Shown here: positions 1-7,414 of the stretch, in pieces
Layout: each line of letters starts with the position of its first letter
How positions within the stretch are numbered: the first letter of the stretch is position 1
DNA from: an uncultured Desulfarculus sp.
Lineage (GTDB): Bacteria; Desulfobacterota; Desulfarculia; Desulfarculales; Desulfarculaceae
NCBI GenBank assembly: GCA_963665125.2
Contig: CAXXUK010000002.1
Span: 320,001-384,000, forward strand
Reading direction: 5' to 3'
DNA length: 64,000 nt
Program-made: the position numbers and the translations under genes
Notes under the pieces: model-generated
Database searches by the model: none
Told to the model about the DNA's origin: nothing
What the model saw: only the letters and a program-made list of their open reading frames with translations

Positions 1-808
1 CAACTGCGGGGCCATTCCCGAAACCATCATGGACTCGGAGCTGTTCGGCCATGAAAAAGGCGCCTTCACCGGGGCTCTGGCCCGCAAGCGCGGCCGCTTC
101 GAGCGGGCCAACGGCGGCACGATTTTTCTGGATGAAGTGGCCGAGTTGCCGCCTGCGGCCCAGGTGCGGCTTTTGAGGGTGTTGCAGACCAAGGAAATCG
201 AGCGGGTGGGCGGCAGCGAGCCGGTCCAGGTTAACGTGCGCATCATCGCCGCCACCCATCGCAACTTGGAGCAAATGGTCAAAGACGGCCGCTTCCGGGG
301 GGACCTGTGGTTCCGGCTGAACGTGTTTCCCATCACCATTCCGCCGCTGCGCCTGCGCAAGGCAGATATCCCGGCCCTTGTGGCCCATTTCATCGAGCGG
401 AAAACCAGGCAGATGAACCTGGCTCATACTTTGGTCCCGGCTCCGGGAGCCCTGGAAAAGCTGAAAAACTATGATTGGCCGGGCAATGTGCGGGAGTTGG
501 AAAACGCAGTGGAGCGGGAGATGATCCGAGCCTATGCCAAGGGCCCCGACCAGCCGCTGACCTTCAGCGATTTTGCCTGGCAGGAGAATGAAGCGCGGAA
601 CGCGACGCGCGCCGATGCGCCCCCGGCCGGCGAAAAGCCGCTGCCGCTGGAGCTGGTCATCGGGCGGCACATAAAAGAAGTGATGGGCCAGACCGGCGGC
701 AAGGTCCAGGGCGAAGACGGCGCGGCGGCCCTGTTGGGCCTGCACCCCAGCACCCTCAGGGCCCGCATGCGCAAGCTGGGCATACCCTTTGGCCGGGAGG
801 CCAATTAG
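1..808 (+). CDS. Sigma-54-interacting (NtrC/Fis-type) transcriptional activator, 5' truncated by window
   Basis: [40 protein letters not shown] and a C-terminal HTH ([21 protein letters not shown]); frame open to the window edge. Confidence 0.95.
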   Translation, partial: NCGAIPETIMDSELFGHEKGAFTGALARKRGRFERANGGTIFLDEVAELPPAAQVRLLRVLQTKEIERVGGSEPVQVNVRIIAATHRNLEQMVKDGRFRGDLWFRLNVFPITIPPLRLRKADIPALVAHFIERKTRQMNLAHTLVPAPGALEKLKNYDWPGNVRELENAVEREMIRAYAKGPDQPLTFSDFAWQENEARNATRADAPPAGEKPLPLELVIGRHIKEVMGQTGGKVQGEDGAAALLGLHPSTLRARMRKLGIPFGREAN

Positions 809-811
809 GCC

Positions 812-1444
812 TCAAACTTTGGCGTGGACCGCGAACCTGACGTTGTTGGCCGCCGAATGCACGGCGGTGACGCCAAGGGTCTTCAGGCGGCCGGTCCAGA
901 GGCGGGTTGCCCTGTTTATCCGCTCCTTGAGCACTGAGGTCGCATGGTTTGCCGAAAACGTCTGCAAAGAAGTGGATTCCACCCCGCCCCGGAAGGCCAC
1001 GAAGTGTCTGCCCGCCAGATGGCGCACGGCCCGTGTTCCGGCCAGGTCTTCGACCGCGGCGGCCCGTTCGCCTTCGCTCAGGCCCAGGGCGGGCATTTCC
1101 CGGAGCAGGCCGTTTAGGGTCAGGGCCTCGGCAGTGTCGTAAAATTCTTGTTCAACCATTTGCTTTATGGTCCGGCAGAAGTCTTCCAGCCGGACGGCGA
1201 ACACCGGCGGCAGTTCGCTGCTGACAACCTGCATCAGCATGTAATGGCGTTCGTTGTTCCAGGGCATGCGCGGGTCGTCGCCCAGGGCGTTCATGAGCTT
1301 CTTGCCGCATATGGGGGCCATGTTGGCCAGCTTGGCCGTAAGCGACGGCTCCCAGATGTTTGTCAACCGCAGGCGCTGATAGCCCAGGCCCGCCTGCACC
1401 AATTCCACGAAATGGTCGTGCAGTTTTGTTTGTTGCTGATTCAT
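812..1444 (-). CDS. Hypothetical protein; C-terminus resembles the helical segment of MuF/phage minor head proteins
   Basis: 210-aa ORF with G-rich RBS before ATG 1444; ends RLKTLGVTAVHSAANNVRFAV (family resemblance is inference). Confidence 0.65.
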   Translation of the reverse strand: MNQQQTKLHDHFVELVQAGLGYQRLRLTNIWEPSLTAKLANMAPICGKKLMNALGDDPRMPWNNERHYMLMQVVSSELPPVFAVRLEDFCRTIKQMVEQEFYDTAEALTLNGLLREMPALGLSEGERAAAVEDLAGTRAVRHLAGRHFVAFRGGVESTSLQTFSANHATSVLKERINRATRLWTGRLKTLGVTAVHSAANNVRFAVHAKV

Positions 1445-1506
1445 TTTTCCCCCCAAGCTTAATTATAAGAACTATATTTGAATAAGGCGCCGTATCCCTA
1501 AATCGG

Positions 1507-1764
1507 TTATTCACTAATAAATAAACACAATGCTCCAACAAAAAGGACAAGGTGAAAGAATACAAGCGGCATTGATAGCCATATCCACCACATTGGAGAA
1601 TTTTATTCTTTTCTGGTCTTATAAGCCAGAATCAAGAATACGCACCACAGCATTGGGCAGACAAGCAGTTCATACCAAAGAGGGATGCTTATCCATAGCC
1701 ACCGCATATTGCCAAAGGCAAACAATGCGATAAGCCAGGCTGCTATGCCGCAGAGTATGGTCAT
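1507..1764 (-). pseudogene. Small membrane protein, putative immunity paralog 3, with in-frame TAA at 1603-1605
   Basis: MTILCGIAAWLIALF...CPMLWCVFLILAYKTRKE*NSPMWWIWLSMPLVFF...; both sides of the stop align with the 1778-2068 protein. Confidence 0.7.
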
Positions 1765-1777
1765 TGATTCAGCGAAA

Positions 1778-2068
1778 TCATGGGGCGTACCCAAAAAGCA
1801 TTATCGAAATGGTGAAGTAGATAGTTACCAACCAAAAAGAAAAGGCCAAGGGCATTGAAATAAAAATCCAAGGAAAGGATATATGTCCTTTATTGCGCAG
1901 TATGAATGCCGCCACGGAAAGGACCAACCAAAGCAATGGGTAATAATATATGCAAAGGTCCAATGAATATGGGATGTTTGTCAGCCGGTAGGTAATCAAG
2001 GTGAGAAGCCCTACCAGCCATGCGGTTATGATCAGCAGGTCACTTATAATGGTTTTACTGATATTCAT
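1778..2068 (-). CDS. Small multi-TM membrane protein, putative immunity paralog 2 (intact, 96 aa)
   Basis: MNISKTII...AWLVGLL...YPLLWLVL...WIFISMPLAF...GYAP; ATG overlaps the upstream paralog's TGA (ATGA at 2065-2068). Confidence 0.75.
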   Translation of the reverse strand: MNISKTIISDLLIITAWLVGLLTLITYRLTNIPYSLDLCIYYYPLLWLVLSVAAFILRNKGHISFPWIFISMPLAFSFWLVTIYFTISIMLFGYAP

Positions 2069-2239
2069 GGCGCAAAACCTGTGATCATGGTTATCCCAAC
2101 AAAGATAATAAATATCCAATAACTTAATGCCAAAGGAACGGATAACCATACCCACAACAATGAATACTTTTTATTTCGACGACATTTGAAAGCAGAGAGC
2201 ACGCAGACGCACCAGGCCAAAGGACCTAACAATATAAAG
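2065..2239 (-). pseudogene. Putative immunity paralog 1, 3' fragment (gene split by IS481)
   Basis: Manual translation FILLGPLAWCVCVLSAFKCRRNKKYSLLWVWLSVPLALSYWIFIIFVGITMITGFAP*, similar to paralogs 2 and 3. Confidence 0.75.
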
Positions 2240-3463
2240 TGTCCTAGTCACTAATTGCGTTGACAGTTTGGCCTTCCGGCAGATGGTTTAGGTTACTACG
2301 CTGCGTCCTCGATTTCTATCCCTTCATGGACATGCTTTTGATACAGTTCCAGGCCGTCGGTAAAGGTCTGAAAAGGGGTGCGCCCCTGGCAATAGCGGCC
2401 CTGATGGGTCCGTTCGGTGTTGTAGTAGGTCATGAAAGCGTCCAGGTCGGCCTGGATTTCATCCAGCGTGCGGGTACAGCTTTTTCCGGAAGGCCACCTC
2501 ATAGAATTCATTTTGGATGGTCTGGTGGAGCCGCTCCACCGCTCCGTTGGTCTGGGGGTGGCGCACCTTGGTTCTGGTGTGCTCGATGTCGTTGAGGTGC
2601 AGAAATAGCTCGTAGGGGTGGCTGTCCTGACGACCGCACAGCTCCGGGCCATTGTCGGTGAGCACCCGGTACACCCTGATGCCGTGGTGGTCGTAAAAGG
2701 GCAGCACCCTGTCGTTGAGCAGGTCGGCGGCGGTCAGGGCCGTCTTTTCACGATAAACCTTGGCAAAACCATGGCTGCCGTGGGTGTCGATGGCCGTTTG
2801 CTGGTAGATGCGGCCTATGCCCTTGATAATGCCCACATAGCAGGTGTCCTGGGCCACCAGAAAGCCTGGATGCGGGCTTTCCACCTCACCGTGGGCCTCT
2901 TTTTCCTGCTTGGCATTCTCCAGGGCCTGGACCTGGGATTCGGTGAGCACCTCAGTGTTTTCCGCCGCCCATTTCTCCAGACGCTTGAGGCGCTGGGCCT
3001 TTAGCGTAAGGTCGTGCCGCTGCCAGATGCTGCGGATGCCTCCGGCGCTGACCTGGATACCGATTTTCTTCAGTTCGTTGGCCACCCTCGTCTGTCCGTG
3101 GGTGGGAAACTGTAAAGAATAATCCAGCACTTTTTGCTCTATCTCGAGGGCCACACGGTTGCCGATCCTGGGCATGCGACGACTCTTCTCCAAGAGCCCT
3201 TCCAGACCTTCCTCATCAATAGCTTGCTTGATGTCGTAATAGTGCTGGCGGCTGATGCCCAGTTTGCGACAGGCCTCGGAGATGTTTCCCAGAGTTTGGC
3301 CCAACTCCAGGATATTGAGCTTGCGGTTGATGATATACTGCGATTGAGTCATGGTCCTTCCTTTCAATTAAGATGCTTCTTTTGGCTTGAACCATCTTAA
3401 CCGGAAGGCCATGGCTCCTTCAGCTAGGACCTTGACCTGTCAACGCTTTTCTCGACCAGGACA
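2240..3463 (-). mobile_element. IS481-family insertion sequence (1224 bp)
   Basis: TGT...ACA ends; imperfect 27-bp terminal inverted repeats TGTCCTAGTCACTAATTGCGTTGACAG / TGTCCTGGTCGAGAAAAGCGTTGACAG; HTH + rve DDE transposase inside. Confidence 0.92.
2296..3352 (-). pseudogene. IS481 transposase with a single-base frameshift near 2472-2474
   Basis: LTDNG..., PQTNGAVER motifs; frame switches from FRKKLY to RTLDEIQADLD...YNTERTHQG at TAC-C-CGC (one extra C); could be an assembly error. Confidence 0.85.
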
Positions 3464-3521
3464 TGTCAAGTGTAGCCAATGCGATAAGCCAAGCTGCTAT
3501 GCCTAAGATCATAGTCGTCAT
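3464..3521 (-). pseudogene. Putative immunity paralog 1, 5' fragment
   Basis: MTTMILGIAAWLIALATLD begins 4 nt after the PLA2 stop; the DNA at ~3477-3507 is nearly identical to ~1723-1749 of paralog 3. Confidence 0.75.
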
Positions 3522-3525
3522 TTGT

Positions 3526-4221
3526 TTATGATCCTGGAATAATAGGATTCGGAAGTTCAAGATCACCTAATTCGGCCCACCATACCTTAATTTTAAATAT
3601 GTGTAACATTAATTTTGCATATGTTTTTGCTAATTCAGCTTCTTCCGGACTTTTGGGTTGTTTCGGCCATTTAGTGGGGTCGAGCCCAATACTGACAACA
3701 TCGTTTAGTAAAGTCTTGTCGCAATACACTTCCGATCTACGATCGTAACAATAGTCATGTTTCTGACAGATAACATCAAGTGAATCCTCCGGCGTTTTGT
3801 CGTTTATAGGCTTATCATTTGGGTAGCTAGCATCCCTGCCTTCGGTCCATGCTTCGCCGCAATATTTACCATATATGGGCGTCAGGTTTTTCAGATTTCT
3901 TCTAAAGATTAATCCACCAGGCCTCAAGTCTAAGACCTTACCCTCCATATACGGCTTGATGCATGGGGCCTTTACCGTTTCCTCTGGTTGCGGCGTCTCT
4001 CACACAAAATCCTCAAAATCGATTATCTCGATCACCGTGCAACGGCAATTGGGATGCAGCGGCGGCTTGGGCATCTCATCCACGCTCTTTTGGCCCGGCT
4101 TGGGATCATGATAAAACTCCTGAACGTGCAAGGCGGCGCATTGTTTACAGGCCTTGGCCCCGCCCGCGCTGTGCCATTTGTATCCTTTAATTATCTTTTT
4201 ATGCTTTTGCGCCACGGCCAT
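3526..4221 (-). pseudogene. MuF-like Cys/His module fused to a phospholipase A2 toxin domain, interrupted by in-frame TGA at 4000-4002
   Basis: N-part YKWH..ACKQCAALH...PPLHPNCRCT; same frame continues ETPQPEETVKAPCIKPY into YGKYCG...DSLDVICQKHDYCYD...CDKTLL; GGAGG RBS only before ATG 4221. Confidence 0.8.
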
Positions 4222-4324
4222 GCCTCCATGATTTGCGCCGGTTGATCATGACATGGGTATAGCAACGCGTCCGGGCGTGGTCTTGGGAGGTGCTTCGGGA
4301 AAGCGGCGCCGGGATGAAGAAGGG

Positions 4325-4651
4325 CTATTTGCCCCGGCGTTGCTTTTTGGACGACTCGATGTGATCGGGCAGTTCGTTGTTGGGGTCAACGGTGTGCCGG
4401 GCGTGCAGCACCACCTGGCGTACCCTGAAATAATTGATCGAGCCTATTACCTGCACCAGCAAGCCGCCGGCGATAAGCAGCCAGCCCAGCACCTTGATAA
4501 AGTCGTCATCCAAAAATTTGATGAACGCGGCGCCCGTGGCGGCCAGGGCCAGGGCAGTGCGGATGGCGGCCATGAAGGTGCGTTTGTTGGCCAGAGACGT
4601 GCGCTCGGTGCTCATTACATCGCGTAAGAGGGTTTTGGGGTCGGTCTGCAT
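4325..4651 (-). CDS. DUF202/YidH-like small membrane protein
   Basis: RDVMSTERTSLANKRTFMAAIRTALAL motif followed by two hydrophobic helices. Confidence 0.85.
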   Translation of the reverse strand: MQTDPKTLLRDVMSTERTSLANKRTFMAAIRTALALAATGAAFIKFLDDDFIKVLGWLLIAGGLLVQVIGSINYFRVRQVVLHARHTVDPNNELPDHIESSKKQRRGK

Positions 4652-4823
4652 GGCGGTCCTTTGTTTTATATCTAGAGCAAATAGCATAGCCAAAAAACCT
4701 CCGCCGGTCAAAAGACATGCAATTTTGGTCATATCCATATTCAAGGTTGTGCGGACGGCCAATTGTGTCTAATTTGGCATAGAGGCCCCCGGGGCCCGCG
4801 GAGCCTCCCTGAAAAAAGGAGTA

Positions 4824-5645
4824 ATGACGATGCGAAAACTATGCATGATCATGGCTGCGGTAATGATTTTGGGCCTGGCGGCAACGGCCACTGCGGCAGA
4901 CCGCCTGCGCCTGGCCACCACCACAAGCACAGAGGCCACCGGCCTGTTGGACGTGCTGCTGCCACCCTTTGAACAGGCCGAAAAAATTAAGGTCGACGTG
5001 CTGTCGGTGGGCACGGGCAAGGCCCTGGCCCTGGCCCGGCGTTGCGATGTGGACGTGGTCATGGTCCACGCCCCGGCTCTGGAAAAACAGTTCGTTGACG
5101 AGGGCTACGGCATCGAGCGCGTGCCCCTGATGCACAACTATTTCGTGATCATCGGCCCGGCCGACGATCCGGCGGGCGTAAACGGGGCCAAATCCGCTCC
5201 CGAGGCCCTGGCCCTGATCAAAAAATCCGGCCAAAAATTCCTCTCCAGGGGCGACAACTCTGGCACCAATGTCAAGGAACTGGCCCTGTGGAAGGCCGCC
5301 GGCCAGGAGCCCAAGTGGCCCGGATACCTGGAAGCAGGTCAGGGCATGGGACGGGTGCTGACCATGGCCCAAAACATGAAGGCCTATACCATGAGCGACA
5401 TCGGCACCTACACCAAATACAAGTCACTGGGACGTTTGGACCTGCCGGTGCTGTTCACCGGCGACGATTCACTGAAGAATTTTTACAGCATAATCGTGGT
5501 CAACCCGGCCAAGTGCCCCAAGACGGCCGTAAAACAGGCCGAGGCGTTTCAGGCCTATCTTGTCTCGCCCCAGGGGCAAAAGGTAATCGGCGACTTCAAG
5601 GCGGACGGCAAGCAGTTGTTCTGGCCCAACGCGCTGAAACAGTAG
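4824..5645 (+). CDS. tupA: Tungstate ABC transporter substrate-binding protein
   Basis: Signal peptide; LATTTSTE..GLLD, GTGKAL, DVVMVHAP, SRGDNSGT, GQGMG motifs. Confidence 0.9.
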   Translation: MTMRKLCMIMAAVMILGLAATATAADRLRLATTTSTEATGLLDVLLPPFEQAEKIKVDVLSVGTGKALALARRCDVDVVMVHAPALEKQFVDEGYGIERVPLMHNYFVIIGPADDPAGVNGAKSAPEALALIKKSGQKFLSRGDNSGTNVKELALWKAAGQEPKWPGYLEAGQGMGRVLTMAQNMKAYTMSDIGTYTKYKSLGRLDLPVLFTGDDSLKNFYSIIVVNPAKCPKTAVKQAEAFQAYLVSPQGQKVIGDFKADGKQLFWPNALKQ

Positions 5646-5675
5646 ATGCCGCTTGATATGGATACGGAGTGAATA

Positions 5676-7394
5676 ATGAAGTTTAAACCAGCTTGTTTGT
5701 TGTTGGCGGCGGCGGTCGCCCTGATGGTGGGCGGCCCGGCAGCCGCCGACGGACCCCAGCCGGTGACGGTCGGCGGTATGGTGGGCCAGACCATACAATT
5801 GGACATGGCCGATCTTGGTCTTTTAACCCAGGCCAAGCTCAAGCTCAACGAGGCCGATGCCAAAGGCGGCAGCATGGGTTCGTTTTTCTGCCAGGGGCCG
5901 CCCCTGCAAAACATCCTCAAGCTGGCGGGCTGGCGCAAACCGGCCGGAGAGTTTCCCAAGAAAGTCGACTTGGCCCTGTTGGTGACGGCCCGCGACGGCA
6001 AGCAGGCCCTGGTCAGTTATGGTGAAATCGTCTTCCGCAATCCCGGCGACGCGGTTCTGGCCGCAAGCGTTACTCCGGTGATGCCCAAGAAACCGGCCGA
6101 AGCCGACCCGGAGCACCTCAAGCAACTGGCCCGCAAGGTCAAGCTGCCCAAGCTGGCCCTGGCCTCGGATTTCAGCCGGGTGCGCAGCCTGGAGGGCGTG
6201 CGCGACATCCAGGTGATGACCCTGCCTCCCAAGCCGTTCAAGGGGCTGCATCATCCGCCCCATTGCCTGGAGGTCAAAATCACCAAGGCCGACGGCAGCG
6301 TCAAGACCCTCAAAAGCCTGGAGAGCATGAACAGGGTTGAGATGACCCTCAAGTGCGTCGGCGAAGGCCGGGGCTGGGAAGGCCTGCGCCGCTTGAGCGG
6401 GGTGCCGCTAAAGGATATCCTGCTGGCCGCCGAGGTAGACCCTTCGCCCACCAAGGGCATCCTGGTAAGCTCGGGCGACGGCTACCGCAGCGTGATTTCC
6501 AGCGGCGAGCTGTTCGGCAGCGACGCCGGAGCCAGGATCATCCTGGCCGACACCCTGGAGGGCAAACCCATTGATCACGGCGGCCGTTTCATGATGGCCG
6601 TGCCCGGCGATCTTTGGGCCGACCGCTGGGTCAAAAGCGTGGCCGAGATACAGGTCGTGGACTACAAACGGCCCGGCAAATTCTATGTCATCGGCATGGG
6701 CTGCGGTGATCCGTCCTTGTTGACCGCCGAGGCCGTATCAGCCCTGGGCATATGCGACGCCTTTGTGGCGCCGGGCGACATTCAGAAGCGTTTCAGCCGC
6801 TATCTCGGCGGCAAGCCCGTGCTGTTCGATCCCATGAAGAGCGGCCGTGGCGAGGCGGCCCAAAAGGCGGTGGGGCAGATCAAGGCCGAAATGGCTCAGG
6901 GCCGCTGCGTGGCGTTCCTGGATTGGGGCGATCCGGCGGTGTATGGGGCCTGGCGCTGGCTGATGCGCCACATGGGCCCCGGCGAAATTGAATTCGTGGC
7001 CGGCATGGGGGCCTTTGGCGCGGGCGCTGCGGCCATTGGCCGCAACATAACCTGCAACGCCATGGTGGAGCTCACCGACGGCCGCAGCGTGCTGGAAGAT
7101 GAGGACCTGGTCCGGATGGCGGCCGCCAAAAACGGCACCATGGCCATCTTCATGGCTGAAAGGCAGATCGACAGGGTCGCGCCTATTTTGGCCAGGCACT
7201 ACAAGCCCGAGACGCCCGCTGCGGTTGTCTGCAAGGCCGGTTTTCGTCCCGGCCAGAGGGTAATCCGCACAACGGTGGGCCAATTGGACCGGCTGGGCCA
7301 ACAAAACCCCGACCAGTGGCTCAGCCTGATTTTCGTGGGGCCGTGTCTCGCCTGGGAAAAGGCCCAGGCCGCCAAGTACAATCCGCAGAAATAA
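5676..7394 (+). CDS. Exported fusion: two molybdopterin-oxidoreductase-like domains + tetrapyrrole (CobM/CbiF-like) methylase domain
   Basis: Signal peptide; SGVPLKDIL...GDGYRSVIS...VPGDLWADRWVKSV; C-terminal FYVIGMGCGDPSLLT and FLDWGDPAVYG. Confidence 0.75.
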   Translation: MKFKPACLLLAAAVALMVGGPAAADGPQPVTVGGMVGQTIQLDMADLGLLTQAKLKLNEADAKGGSMGSFFCQGPPLQNILKLAGWRKPAGEFPKKVDLALLVTARDGKQALVSYGEIVFRNPGDAVLAASVTPVMPKKPAEADPEHLKQLARKVKLPKLALASDFSRVRSLEGVRDIQVMTLPPKPFKGLHHPPHCLEVKITKADGSVKTLKSLESMNRVEMTLKCVGEGRGWEGLRRLSGVPLKDILLAAEVDPSPTKGILVSSGDGYRSVISSGELFGSDAGARIILADTLEGKPIDHGGRFMMAVPGDLWADRWVKSVAEIQVVDYKRPGKFYVIGMGCGDPSLLTAEAVSALGICDAFVAPGDIQKRFSRYLGGKPVLFDPMKSGRGEAAQKAVGQIKAEMAQGRCVAFLDWGDPAVYGAWRWLMRHMGPGEIEFVAGMGAFGAGAAAIGRNITCNAMVELTDGRSVLEDEDLVRMAAAKNGTMAIFMAERQIDRVAPILARHYKPETPAAVVCKAGFRPGQRVIRTTVGQLDRLGQQNPDQWLSLIFVGPCLAWEKAQAAKYNPQK

Positions 7395-7414
7395 TTGACA
7401 CCCCGCCGCCGGAC

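Noticed and set aside
2069..2155. ORF-track N-terminal extension of the 1778-2155 ORF
   Set aside because: It is an off-frame reading of the upstream paralog's 3' end; the real start is ATG 2068
3940..4002. Selenocysteine at the toxin's internal TGA
   Set aside because: No downstream hairpin seen, and the position is a linker rather than a redox motif
4660..4760. ModE-like box upstream of tupA
   Set aside because: Only a weak AT-rich partial dyad; not supportable
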